Positions 13,301-27,507 of a DNA stretch of 64,000 nt are shown here, piece after piece. This DNA comes from Lytechinus pictus. Taxonomy: Eukaryota. The notes under the pieces are model-generated. The model worked only from the letters and a program-made list of their open reading frames with translations, ran no database searches and had not been told where the DNA came from. Where the stretch lies: the NCBI RefSeq assembly GCF_037042905.1, contig NC_087246.1, positions 496,001 through 560,000 of the forward strand, in the 5' to 3' direction. Position 1 is the stretch's first letter. Each line of letters begins with the position of its first letter. The translations under genes and the position numbers were made by a program.

Positions 13301-15835
13301 TTCAATTTTCATCAGTGACCTCAAGCTAATGAGGGTAAGAGGAGTGCAATAAACATATTAATGGCATCCATAATAATTACTATCAAGCAATCATTTCACT
13401 GTACACATAGATTTCTTCTTAACAAGTGATGGGATAACTGTCATTGTAGTCTATAAATCTGGACTAAAATACACATCAGACGGTCCATTATAAACAACTG
13501 ATGACAATTATTAGGATAGAGCAGACATACGCTCCAATGACATCCCCAGACTGGTTGAGTAATATGATGAGGGGTAATAAGACGAGGGATGGTAGGATAG
13601 TATATGAGGATAACAGTGAGATCCTAAAGCTTTCTACTTCTCTCTACTTTGACATGATACTGACGGTATCTTGTCCTCTTCCTCTCCCCCTTGCACAGTT
13701 GCCTTTCTTCATCTTAAAAGAAAAATCCCTTTCTATTCTTCTATTATCTTTAGTTACAGGGCACCTCTTTTAGTCATTTTATTGATGCTAAATTACACAA
13801 CTGTGAAGAGTAATAAAAATATTTTTGTTGATGTAAATCTAAGACAGAATCAGAAATGATTATAATTTTGGTTTTAATTTCTTGAGTCTGTTATACTTGA
13901 AAATACCATCTTGTTTGTGATGTTTTTGTTTTTTTTTCATTTTGTAATACATGCACATTTTTTAATGTTATAAAGGGTCACAGGAATATTCAAATCAATT
14001 TAACTATTCATTTTCAGATGAATATAAAATGTATATAGATCAACAAATGAGCAGCACCTCAAGAAGCTTATGCTTGTCGAGCAAGGTTCTCTCTTGCAGA
14101 AAACAACAACAAAAAAGTAACATAACAAAATAAGTTAATTGCATAGAAATTAAGACACAGAAGACAATCAATAAAATGCATTAATTGAAATAGTATTTTA
14201 TGCATTATATAAACCAATTGTATGATAAGAATACATGTCAGTATATGGGAACAAGATGGGCATGAGGATAGATTTCTTGAGGCATTTAAAAAAAATTATT
14301 GAGATATGAATGGATTTCCAAATGTTTATATCATTGTTCATTACTTATTAATTCATTAAGAAGTATACTTGAAACATTTAGGTCAGTACTCATTATTTTA
14401 CCTTGTTTTTTTATGAATTGACCTGCAATATAAATTGGAGTAAAGTAAATGATTATTTGAACAAGTAACAAATAGCAAGAGGAAATATGAAAATACAACA
14501 AAAAAAAAACAGAAATATGATAGAGAGAAAGAGAGGTTAGAGAAACACATAATTTTTTTTCTCTCACCTCTCTTTCTCTCCGATGGAGAAATTAGATAAA
14601 ACATTAGTGCTATTATTAACCCATTGAACAAAAATACTTTTTGTATAAAAACAATATACACAAGAATGGTCCACCCAATACTTAATCTATAAGAAATTAT
14701 AGGGCATTATGCAATAGTGCATTGATTACATGAATTCCTTTTACTATACTCCAGACATTAAAACCTATAGAGAAGTTTTTTGAAATGCCATCCACAGTCA
14801 GCATAGAAGATACAATAGAAGAGTTTAGCAGTCAGACAATCAATGAAAGAGAGTCATGGTTAAACATCATATCCTGAATAAATCTCTCACCAGAACCCAG
14901 GGACACACTATGGGAATCAATCACAGCAGGAAGAGGTTACGCATCACTGCTCTCTGTTTAATCATTTAATAACTAAAACTATCAAGACGACCAACAAGGG
15001 AACAATAATTGATATCTGATATGAAGGGAGAGGAGTCTGTTTACATTTTGGTGGCAAGAGATGGCCAAGACGCGGTGGTGGTACGAGGGATGCGTAAGAT
15101 CGGTCAAGCACAGCTTAGCAAAGAGGCTAATGAGAGATAGATGGCAACCATACAGAGAAGAACCTGTGACAGCTGTGACTCCTATACATCCACTGTTTGA
15201 AATCAAAATCCAATTCTTCTGAAAAAATCTATTGACATCAATTTTCTACTACTATATAATAAATCATTACATTCAATTCTAGCCCACTCTCATGTTTAAG
15301 CAATGGTTTTATCTAACAAATTAATTTGACTAATTGATGAATTTTTTATCTCTAATTACTATTCATTCACGATTAAAATCCCTTCATGGTCTATATTTTG
15401 ATAATATATCATAATCAACCATCATTCATACTATTGAAACCTGTAAGCAATCAAGATGTTTAAAATATAATAAACAGGACTTGATTGAGTGAATTGATTT
15501 TATTTTCAGGTATTTATAACTCAAGAAATACAATGATTGGAGTATTAAATACCTTGGCAGGATAGCCTATAAAATCATCGATGGGTTATATCTAGTTGGG
15601 TCATTATACCTAAGTACTAATCATCTTACTAGAAATCTAAAATATAAAAATACCTAGAAAAAAATGTGTTAACATCTTCATTAGATAGCAAGGGTCTATT
15701 CAAAGAAGATAATGCTCAATTTATTTGGATTATTTTACTTGATACATAGGATATCAACCTTGATATTTATGGATGCTATGAAGCAGCAAATTGGCCACTA
15801 AATCTGACCAATCACGTGACCATTAATCTTAAAAT

Positions 15836-15974
15836 AGGAATCTATTACTTAGCTAATGATAGAATTTCTTATTTAGCTATTGAAAGGATCTCTTATTAAG
15901 CCATTGACAGAATTTCTTATTTAGCTATTTAAAGAATCTCTTATTAAGCCATTGACAGAATTTCTTATTTAGCT
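15836..15974. repeat. 24-bp tandem repeat with 48-bp higher-order dimer
   Basis: agaatttcttatttagctattgaa alternates with ag(g/a)atctcttattaagccattgac. Confidence 0.85.
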
Positions 15975-16723
15975 CATTTACTATCAGTGTGGTAAGAATA
16001 ATAATATGAATATTGTATATTGAATTCTACTTTATGATATCAAATAACACGATGATTGCTGAAATAAATCACATAACCAACATTGATCATTCGGGTTTAA
16101 GTCTATTAGTATGTACACTTGCACCTTCTTACTTATATTATTCAATCAATGATTAATATTATAACATCACATTTTTTTCCTGCTGCTCTATTTTCACTAT
16201 CCAGTATGAGAGAGAATGCTTCAATGTAAAAAGGAGCTCATAGTGTTGTCAATGAAGCAGTAATGACTACCCAATGGTATGCAGAATGGATGATAACAGA
16301 ACTCTTTTATTATTCACTATGGGAGGAGAAAGACGTGATTTTCTCGCCTTTCTAGTCAATTCACACTGCTCTCAAAGATCTGGCATATTCAGAATTTCCA
16401 GGTAACAGTAAAGTTAAGAACTTAAGAACCTTTATCTGTTATTTTATTCATCATTAAATTTAAGACAATAAATTCTAGTTGGGGTAAGCATTATATTCAT
16501 TTTGGGAGCAAATTAGTTTCAATGATAAGGGGCTCATAACTGAAATTATATCTACGTTACTTTCACCGAGTGAAAGGTTACTGTCAATAAAGTAAATTTT
16601 AAAAGTCTTACATCCAAGCTCTGCCTGTTGTATTGAAAATAATAAAGGCCATTGTAAATACTTGTTGTCAGGAATACAATTAAGGAATTCAAAAATAGAA
16701 GAAAAAAATCAGACATGATAAGC

Positions 16724-17178
16724 CTCCACTGGTTGCCTATAAAGGATTGCATAGTTTTCAAAATTCTACTTCTGGTTTATCATATCATCAATGGATCCGC
16801 ACCCGATTACAACAAGTCTCTTATACACCACTATCAACCTGCACGCACACTTTGATCATTCCAATCAAGTCTCTTACAAATCCTGGGGTGATCAAACCTT
16901 TGTTCATGCTGGACTAGCCCTGTAGAATTCACTACCACAGGAGCTGAAGAACTCAAACTCTGCAACATCCTTTAAGGGCAACCTAAAATTGCATTTGTTC
17001 ACCAGCAAGTACTAGGTTTAAAGACAGACATTTTTCTTCATTCATAATGTACCTATTGTTGTGTTTCTCTAAGTTCTCTTTACTTTTATGTTTTGCTCTC
17101 TTCTAAGCGCCTTGAACATTTAATCAAAATGGAAAAGATGTTATATAAAACCTATATATTATTATTATCATTATTATT
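16724..17178 (+). mobile_element. L2 LINE 3' fragment
   Basis: LHWLPIKDCIVFKILLLVYHIINGSAPDYNKSLIHHYQPARTL*, then FK..LK.HLF-like codons and an aagcgccttgaaca...(tat)n tail. Confidence 0.85.
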
Positions 17179-20100
17179 AAAATACAAAGTATAATAGTTA
17201 TTAGATAATATCTAACTTGAATTCTTAGGTTTTGCATATATTTATAATCTTTGCAGGGCTACTATTTCATACAGCATGAGAATGAATGTTCCTGCCATCA
17301 GCATGGTAATGAGAATAAGCCTTCCAAGACAAGATTCATCTTTTCTTACCTGGTTTTACTCAAAGTAAAAAATGGATGAGTTGAGGATAATTTATGATCA
17401 GTCCTCCATGAGTGATTTGAAGTCTATAGCCCAATGGAGGCAACTGAACACTACCTGTGAGAAAACTAAACTAATATCAACTAGGAAAGCTGGTAGAATA
17501 CAAACATTGCTTTTTCTTGAGTAATTTGTTTCTGACATGGCTTGATATAAAACAATTTACCATGCCTACATGATTAAAGGGAATTTTGAAGCTTGATTCA
17601 GTCACAAATTATAAAATAAGATACTGGACAGGCCAATGCATATATTTAGTGTAATGGGAAACAGTGGACCAATTATGTATTATGTGGAAGACATATATCA
17701 TCACTGTTACAAGAAATAAGGGTGACTGTTGTCTGTTTACTACTTTTATGGTTCACAGTGACTAAATTGATAAAATGGATGGTTAAACTGTGAGGAACAG
17801 AGACGTGCTTAATAGAAAAAATAATTTGGACACTTAAAGATTATGTTCTTTTTATAATAGAATATGCTCCTTTTTATAATAAAGCATATGCATGCTTCAT
17901 ATGTAGTTAAGGGTTTTTATCATATTTATTATGATATAATAATGCCTATGCAAGCTTGCTGGTTCTTGGAGCTATCACAAATGATACAGGAGCCTATACA
18001 TGTTTTGACCAAATATTTTCTTCTAAGAAAACCAAAACAAATCAGGTCCCCAACCTACAAACAGTTGAAACTGATTTGAATAATCGCAACTATAAAACGC
18101 TATCAATGCATCATTTACAATGCATACATCAATACAAAGTGTTGTTTAATATGATGTATACTTACATATCCACCATTGTCTTGACAAGTTGTAGTGTTTT
18201 TCATTGTTACTGAAGTGACCATGAGAACATTTATTAGATAAAGAATCATGATTGTGATGAATTTCCATTGTTGAGTTTCATTTGAAACTCTTTGTATACA
18301 GGACTCAGTAATTTCACATTCTGACTGAATATTTTCATTATTTTCTCACAAAAAGCCCAACACATCAGGAAAAATTATAAAAAATTAGGATCCTACAAAT
18401 AGTTGCGATACATAAAATTCAACTAAAATTGCTATTTATCTTAAATCTTTTTAAAGTATTTTAGATTACTTTTAATTTGAGTTTGATTCGAGTCAAATCT
18501 ATTAAAATTCTTTGTATGATGAGGCCCAGGAGACTTTGGATGAAGAATTATCTAAGACCAATCTACAAATTGCACATATTTACATTGCAAATAAACTTAT
18601 CTACTTCTATCTCCAATATCACTCCCCAGATTATTGTCATAATACACTTTGTCATTAAGGCTCTTTATTTTCATGAGACTGTTAATGATTTTTATTGAGA
18701 TAATTCAAGTGTCAAGTTTACTGATAACAGACCTCATCTTAAAAATATCACTACACAAAATTTCAACTAAAGTGTAGATGCACTTTTAGGTCCATGACAA
18801 TTCATAATTTCTTTTCCCTAGGTTGATGAATATTAAATGCAGGAAATAAAATAGCATCAGCAGACCCTGACTTGGACTTTACATCTCAGAGCAGAGATGC
18901 ACAACAAAATAAAAAAGTGCAAATATCTGGAATAAAGATGAGGAGAAAGGTGTGAAACCCAGAGGAGAGGATGAGGGTGTCTGGTCTTTTGTCTTTCTAC
19001 CCCTTTGGGATAGCATCACCAAAAATTATAAAATCATTCATTTCTCGAAGAGATGATGAGTTCTGACCTGCTAATGATTAATCCCTAATGAGGTAGAGAA
19101 GGACTGAGAGGGGGGCAGAGAGAGAGAGAGAGAGGGGGGGGGGGGTTAGAATGGGAGAAGGGGAAGAGAAAGCTGTAGAAGAAAGGTGAGTATGAATATT
19201 AAACATAAAGGGTTTAACACAATAAAAGAAAATTAAAAAGTTTTTAAAAAGCAAAAGCTAAAGATACAATAAAGTATTAAAATGCATTAATGAGAGAAAG
19301 GAAGGGGAACAGAGAGTTTGGGCAATGGGAACTTCTATCAAGTAATACTATAGAGATGAGTTCAACATAAATAAACACTAGAAACATAAAAGGAAAAAAC
19401 ATACAATTAATTTTTAAAATAGTAATTAAATAGGAAAATAGATCGAATATGCAACTATTTTATCATAATTATGTTGTATTTATTTATTTTCTTTCTGTTT
19501 TTTTTACTTTCTTTTTCTATTTCTATTTTATTTTATTTATTAATTTTTATTTTTTGTATTTATTTATTATCATTACTTATTTTTTTCTTTAATTATTTAT
19601 TTATTTATTATTATTATTATTATTATTTTTTTTTTTTTGGGGGGGGGGGCAATCAGTAAAATGCATATACTTAGAGTTCATTTGCTTATGCTGTCTTTCC
19701 CATTATCTGTACCTTTATCACTTATAATTGTAAACAGTGGCATAATGAGCCTTTTCACTTTTATGATAATTTTTTTGTTGTTTTTGTTTAGACTTTCCAT
19801 AATATTTAAAAGTTGATTGAATATTTCACTCTTTCCATTTCTTTCCTTTTCTTCTTTTTTTAAAAATCAGTCGTGAAAGTATTTGGGGCAGCCCCCCCCC
19901 CCCATCTGTACACCAGTGCTTGTATATATCACTTAATATTAGAATGTGCTCAGTCTTCTATTTTGATTTACTTGTTCTTTATTTTTCATGAGAATTTGAA
20001 ATGAATGAACAAAATTTAAAAAAAATCCTGATAATTCATCAATATAAACAAATTAAGCATTCAATTTCCTATCTTTCTCTCATTAGTATAATACGCCCTC

Positions 20101-21173
20101 ATAATTAGTCAATCAATGCTAAATTATAAATACAGTTTATTTTTTAAACTTTATATGCTCACCTCCATGCACACAAGACATCATAAAGTTGTAGTTCTGA
20201 CTCTGGCATCTCAATATAGGATCATTAGTTCAAATCCCAAGCTAACTTTTTCACCAAATGTATTTATCATTAGTGAGGCCTATATTTAAATGGGTATCTG
20301 GAGTGATCATTTCTTCAATGTACTAAAGAGTTTTATACCAGCTGATGGAGCCAAATCCACATGTGATAACCAATTTCTTCGGAATCAAATCATAATGTTA
20401 TGAAGAATAAAATGTCATTATTCATGTTACCCCTTTTCCTCATCATGCACTTCTCACCAGTGACAAGGGTCTTCTAAACCGCCCATTTCTATCTCTTCCT
20501 CTCTCCTCTCCACTCTCTCTCTCTCTCTCTCCCACCCTCTCTTAAATAAGAGTCTTACTTGCTGTTATTTAGAAGCCTACCAGTCATCAGTGATCAAGTT
20601 CTTGGCTAGTGGCTCACAAAGTGCAGTTAACACCCTACTTCCATTGATACAGTTGGTCTTCTTCCAGATGTCAACAAGACCAATTAATACTCCACTTTCT
20701 TTATTTACTCCCTACACTCAACCAACCTTGAATAGTTATCACCCTGCTTAGAGCTACCTCTTTGCTTTACCCCTACACGCTGTCAAATGCCTTTGCAGAA
20801 GCTTCCCGCCCGCCCCAACATAAACACGGCATGCTTTTGCCCCGGACTAAACACAAACTATCCAAAAGTATTCCTTGTGTTTCTTGAGAGAGCCGAGAGT
20901 GGGAGGGAGTTAAGCCGAACCATTTAAGACCTTCTAGTAAAGGTTTATCCAGTCTGTCATTGGTCTCTGTGTTGACATTGGTATGTCTGTAACAGGAGAA
21001 GACAAGCGTTGGACTACTACATGATAGACACGATCATATCTCATGATCCTCACAAATTTAAGGGATGAATTCTTTTTTTAAGCTGCAAATATTTAAAGAA
21101 TGACTTTGATATGATTCCTTGAATCATTAATTTATTATACATACAAGGAGATGGAGTAAACAACTTAAAAAGT

Positions 21174-21718
21174 CCCTGGGGGGGGGGGGCAGTCAAATGC
21201 ATTGATGAACACATGCGTGACCAAATTATTTCCAAACACCACCTAAACCAGTTTTTCTCTGTGTGCAAAATAACCACCTAAACAAGATTTCACAGGCTTC
21301 ATTTACACATTTTGGCCCAGAAACAAGTTGTTGACTGGACAGAGAGGTGACAAATTTCATGACCGTTTTCTCGTTTCCCAGGCCCGTTCCGAGGGTTGTT
21401 GCTTACAATCGGGAAGAACCCGAACACTTTTCAAAAATGAGGAGGAAAAAGCCCCGGGAAAAAAGCTTGGGGAAAACAAACCCTAAACACGTTTGGCTAG
21501 TCTTAAAAAAAAGCTTTGGATAAAAAACATACCCTTAATACGTTTGACCCCACGACTGACCATTGACCCGTCTTTCAAAACCACCCCTTTTTTTGAAAAT
21601 CTGAGTTTTTGATACCCTTAATGAGTGCACGCCGACCCGCGTCCAAAACTGAAAAACACCCATTTAAACGCGTTTGGTCACGCATGTGTACAGCAATATA
21701 TTTGACTGGCCCCCCTGG
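21174..21718. mobile_element. MITE with about 45-bp imperfect TIRs and G/C-tract termini
   Basis: cagtcaaatgcattgatgaacacatgcgtgaccaaa versus tttggtcacgcatgtgtacagcaatatatttgactg; superfamily not assigned. Confidence 0.8.
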
Positions 21719-22260
21719 AACAGTCCTTAGAAACATATGAGTTAATGTTTGATTCAATGATTCAATTTTTCCTTATTTTGTTAATACTTTATACAAAAAA
21801 TCCCCACCTGATTACTCCATAATCATACCAAAATTTTCATAATTTCTACAACATTAAAGCGGATTCTTGTTTTTGATTTTGTAAAATGAACAAACTTGTC
21901 GCTTTAAATTTGAAGCAGACACCAATTTTTCAGGGCTCTCTCAAGAAGCAGTTTGTATGTACTGAAGAGACCACCTTGTCTAAAGAAAACAGAAATAAAT
22001 AAATAAATAAATAAGTTACTACCAATTATTATCCCTAATAACATGAACAATAAAGTGAAATTTTATGTTTCATTGAACTTTAAGGCTTCCTGGCTTTTCT
22101 GTTTTCATGTTAAGGCCACAGTGTGATTGTCTGATTTGTAAACTTAAACATTGATTTCACTTTGATTCAAATAATGCTTCATAGGTTTACATCTGAAGAC
22201 TTAATTCTGGATCCCAAAATGGAAAGGTTTAAAACTGAAAGTATTGGAGTCAGTTCCACA

Positions 22261-22618
22261 AAGAAGGGGAGGGGTCTACAAAGGCCCACTCTAAGCAAAG
22301 AAGGGGAGGGATCTACAAAGACCCACCCTAAACAAAGAAGGGAAGGGGTCTAAAAAGACCCACTCTAAGCAAAGAAGGGGAGGGGTCTACAAAGACCCAC
22401 TCTAAGCAAAGAAGGGGAGGAGTCTACAAAGACCCACTCTAAGCAAAGAAGGGGAGGGGCCAACAAAGACCCACTCTAAGCAAAGAAGGGGAGGAGTCTA
22501 CAAAGACCCACTATAAGCAAAGAAGGGGAGGGGCCAACAAAGAACCACTCTAAGCAAAGAAGGGGAGGAGTCTACAAAGACCCACTCTAAGCAAAGAAGG
22601 GGAGGGGTCTACAAAGAC
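22261..22618. repeat. 37-bp minisatellite, about 9.7 copies
   Basis: Unit aagaaggggaggggtctacaaagacccactctaagca starting at 22261, 22298 ... 22594. Confidence 0.97.
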
Positions 22619-22893
22619 TAGAACACCACCCATCCATCATGGCATGAGAGTTAATGCTTATCACTTGGCTTGAGAACATCAAAAGCAGTGGATGAAAATT
22701 TGTACTCTAAAGATATAAGTTGGTAGAAGCTGATTATCCCCAACTGATTTAAGTGTTGTTGAACTGTTCCAATAAACACTTGTCATACTTGAATTTCAAG
22801 ATACAGACTAATTCATGATCCAAGTTTATGGTGTACTGACTTATATTTCAAGATTATTAGCATAGGTATTAAGCAAAATACTGAGAACTGAAT

Positions 22894-23243
22894 CATTTCC
22901 TGACTATTTCACCTTAAGGTTTGAGAAGTCTTAATTGTAAAAGAAAGATATTATTATTTTTTGACTATTTCAACTTAATATCTGAGAAGACTTTAAAAAA
23001 GAGATCTTACTATTTTGTTGCTATCTCATTTTTAAAGTTTGAGCAGTCCAAGTTGTAAAAGAGACATCTATTTTCTGGCTATTTCACCTTTAAAGTTTGA
23101 ACAATCCGAAATGTAAAAGAAAATCTGTTTCCTGGCTATTTCACTTTTAAAGTTTGAGCTAATGTGAGTTGTAAAAGAGACATCTATTTCCTGGCTATTT
23201 CACCTTTAAAGTTTGAGCAGTCCGAGTTGTAAAAGAGAGATCA
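22894..23243. repeat. About 58-bp tandem repeat, about 6 copies
   Basis: Unit approximately tatttcctggctatttcacctttaaagtttgagcagtccgagttgtaaaagagacatc; the left copies are more degenerate. Confidence 0.85.
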
Positions 23244-24475
23244 AAGTCCTTGAACCTGACCAAGATCTTGTGCTAATGCACTTTTTGATGTCATCATGAA
23301 GCAGTTGAGAGAGATATCAAAATAGAACAGGAGCTGACTTGAGTTGAACACTCTCTTAGAATATAAAGTCTGTTAATGGCAATTTAAACAGAACCATGTT
23401 CACACACCTGCTCTGTGTTTAAACTAGCCAGTCTATATCAATTCTCAGGGGAAAAACATTGTATCACCAATAGAGTATCTCTTTCAACTTTCAGTTGATA
23501 AACATTGTAATTTACTCAGTTACAAAAAACAACATCCAATGAATCAGGGTACTTAAATTTCCGCTATATCTTATTGTTATTAGGGCTAGGTAATCAGGAC
23601 TGATATGAATTAAGATAATGAGTTATGCATTGTAAGCATATAGTAGATATATATATTTTTTTATTTTTTTTGGGGGGGGGGCTCTAACTGCAGAAGAATT
23701 AAGACTGTAATAAGAAGAATTTGAGTTGTACGTTTCTTGGCTAAGCTGAAAGATCACAAATCAAATAAACAGATAGCAATAACAACAAGGATCATAACAA
23801 CAACAACTATCGGCAAATGATTGGAGTCCCTACTAGTATATCAATTTTATTGAAAAATAATTCTTGACTTTAAAATGTGTACTGGCTTAGAATCAAAGGA
23901 AGGTGGAAGAAGAATGTTGATAAAGATTTGGGTCATAGGGATCAAGATGAAGTGCTTTAAGGGTCATTTCACACCCTTCAAAGGATGTATTAGATTTCCC
24001 TTTCAGGTAGTCAAAATCCTCCCATATCCTTTACAAGACCCCCCAAACAACAATATCTTTCAAGGAATTCAATCATATAATAATTTTAGTAAAAATTCAA
24101 CAAAACATGAATTGTTATTATATTTGCTATGTTGTGATGTAAATCTAACGAGGATAACATAAAAATAAGTCATCAGAGAAACTGAACATTTTGACAATGT
24201 CAACCTCTGGAGAAAATATAGAACATTAAAATTATTTAAATTTACTATGCAGAATAATGTAAAATCCAAAATGGCTGAATATGAAAATGAAAAATACATC
24301 AGGATCTGACCACAGTCATTTGCAGTGGTACGGATATCAATATTATGTTCATATAGATTTGGAAAAGAATATATTAGAAGCATTGCAATGTGATATCAAC
24401 AGGAGCTTTTAGAGATAATCTAAAACTTGACATCTATTAATACTTGTTAATGATGAAAGCAATAATTCTCATTTT

Positions 24476-24642
24476 CCCAGGGTAGCCACGTCAGCTGAAA
24501 TGAACTACTCTCTCTGCAGGTTCAGCATATGTCAATTGCCTGACAAGAAGGCAGAAGGTCCCATTTTAGTGTTTGGTAACAATTGGCTAAGGATTGAACC
24601 CACAACCTCCCATTCAAGAGGTGGGAGCTCTACCACCGAGTC
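24476..24642 (-). mobile_element. Degenerate tRNA-SINE
   Basis: Minus strand ctcggtggtagagc ... gggttcaatcct gives A/B boxes; tail similar to 4394-4480. Confidence 0.6.
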
Positions 24643-25372
24643 ATCATGTTATTTCATAAAGCCCAATCCGATACAAGAAAATGGTTAGACAAATGAGTTG
24701 TAGCTGAATATTCCGAAAATGTCAAATCTGAGCCAATGTTTCATATTACATTTTAACTCTTGGTCTTGTGACACACATTTCCTCATCAGATTTGAAAAAA
24801 ATAACTTCATTATCAAAGAACTGTGTATATTCATACCAGTTATGGTTTTAAACAACAATATGAATGTCTCAAACTTTAAAAGTAATGAGAAATATTTTCA
24901 AATCCTGAAAATGTAGTCCCAATAACACAAAAGTTTGATTGCTAAATGGTAATGACCTATAAAGATCATAGTTACATGCAGAGTTAGGATAAGTAAGAAA
25001 CCATTCAAAATTGTTCTTTCAGTTTTACTATCCATTGCAAACCTTTCTGAAACAGAGCCAAAACTTAATGTTTGGAAATAATATCTAAAATTCAATTGTT
25101 CTAAAAACTATTTTAAATCACTTCTCATATTGATAATATACATTCAACACTTCATATCCAAAGCATTTTGTTATTGTTTGTAGGTTCAAAAATCACTAAA
25201 TTTGTCCCAGTCATGTACTGTATCTTAGCAATAGCTTTGATCCAGCTGAGGCATGGCGGCTTGTCATTGTTCAAAACTCACCCACACCCGACAAAGGAAA
25301 TTTAATTGGTGGTGTCAAAGATCTGTTTATCTGACGGTCAATATGATCGGGGTCGCCAGAGTCACTAACCCG

Positions 25373-25515
25373 TCTATGTGGTCTAGTGGTTAAGGCACTG
25401 GTGTTCAAAGCTGGGGGCCTGGGTTTGATTCCCAGCAGAGACATTTTTCAACATCACCAGTTTTTCCAAAGGGCAGATAGGTCTGAGGAACCTTGATTTA
25501 AGCTACGCCTACCAT
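25373..25515 (+). mobile_element. tRNA-derived SINE head
   Basis: tggtctagtggttaaggc A box and gggtttgattccc B box, followed by a non-tRNA body. Confidence 0.6.
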
Positions 25516-25558
25516 TGTTCTCTTCATTCATTTCTTTCACAATATATATATATACAAA

Positions 25559-26083
25559 CAGTGCTTCCCACAAAAAAGGAAACCTGTTTTCAAAGATAGA
25601 TTTCACAATTATTAAACATGTTTTAACTATAGATTTGATACTCATGGCAAGAGTGGAATCTCATCTCTTATTTGAAACCAAAAGCTTAGCAAATTGTTCA
25701 CACATGGCAGATTACAAACAATAAATATTGAGGCATATCATAAACGATTTGCGCAGAAACTTATGTGTGAATTTGAATCAACTCTCATTTCAGGGATCAG
25801 TGAGAGAAGCTTAACAAAGAATACAAAATTCTAATGAGCCAATCGTCGAATATGCACGGTCGTCATATCATGAACCAATCTTGTCAAATTTTTCTGCGAA
25901 ACCTGGTTTTGACATTGAAATATCAAACTTGTCTTGCACATTAATGCGTGAAATGTTTGTCTCATATTAGGTATCAAAATAAAGAGGAATAATTGAATTG
26001 TAATAATGAAATATCATAATTCATTTGCCTTTGAATTAAAAAAGACATGGGAATCTCGGTTTCCTTTTTTCTGGGACGCACTG
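25559..26083. mobile_element. Tc1/mariner-like MITE
   Basis: TIR cagtgcttcccacaaaaaaggaaacc / ggtttccttttttctgggacgcactg, with TA after the right end. A related right end occurs at about 55900-55931. Confidence 0.8.
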
Positions 26084-27507
26084 TATAGAATGTACGCTAC
26101 ATTTTACATCTTGATTGGGATTTCCTTAAATTGTATGTTCACAATATTCACTTGTGTATTTAAGCCCTTCTTAGAAACAAAGAATAGAACTGAAATACCA
26201 AGACAGTTAGGGAAAGATATAGGTCTATGAGATGAACAAACCTTGGTCAGATTAGTTGAGATGTATTCCCTTCTAGGTGCTGATACAAGGTAATTACACA
26301 ATTTTAGAGCAACACAGACTTGTTATGCTTTCAATCTCCCTGTGGACACCAATCTTTTAAGTCCAATTATTCTACCATCAAAAGAAACAAGAGACAAGAT
26401 TTTTGCCAACAGCTAATCCATACAATACTTGATCCAACATGCATCCTTCCTCCATCCACCCTTGCATGGATCATATGTAAATGATGTCTTATAACACCTC
26501 TGGCAAACCCTCAAAAAGGAAAGATAATACTCTCAAAAATTGATCCAACTATTTTGAAATCATCCCCATCTAGTCTTTTTAGAAAGAGATTAGAAATCAA
26601 AATAGGATTTCTTCTTCCCTTCTCAAGATCAGAATATGATACATTTTCTCCAGAAAAATAATTGAGAAAAAGAATTTTCAAAATATTTTGTGACATTGAA
26701 TAACAAACAAAATAAAAGCAATAAATCATCTTCCATCTAGTGGCCTTTACCTGACATTTAATTAACAATTTCAAGATAGTATGCACACAAACATCTTTAA
26801 ATCCATCGAGGGAATGACAGAGTGTGCGTGTTATAAGGATGTAACAGACATACGTCAATCAGATTATTCAGATATGATTATTCATGTCTGGGAACCAATA
26901 TTAACAGGTGATCACTGATCAGAACCTTTAGGCTGCGAATTCACTTTCCTCAAGAAAAAAGGTTTGCACCTCAAATGTAAAAAAAAACAAGTCAGTTTAT
27001 AAGTTACACATGCAGCAGGATAAAAGGTGCATGTCACAACACTTAGTCACCTTAATGCTCTTTAAACAGTTTAAAAAACAAGTTATCAGTTTCATATTTA
27101 AACATTACTTCATAGTAATATCATCTTTGAAAAATTACCCTCTGACATGAATTTCATATCTGTTTTTGCTTTCACCAAATTATTTAGAATTAAACTTTAA
27201 AATAAATATAATTAATCTCTCTTTTATCATACCAACAAAAATATCCTAAATCATAAGAGGTAAGGAAAGAAGTGTTTATCCAATAGAGTGCTTTAATAAT
27301 CCTTAAAAATTCAAAGAAAATAGAGTTTTTTTACATACCACCCACCATCCCTCGGTACATTTGCAATCTTGCAATTCAAAAATAAGATTTAATGTTGTTA
27401 CTATATAACAATATTTCAGCATTCTTATAACTTCCTGCTGTTAATATACTTCATAAGAAAAGGCTATACATATCAACTGATTTAATGTACATAATGCATG
27501 TATAATA

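Noticed and set aside
22261..22618. CRISPR-like array of 37-bp units with a hairpin
   Set aside because: Units are contiguous with no unique spacers, the context is eukaryotic and there are no cas genes.
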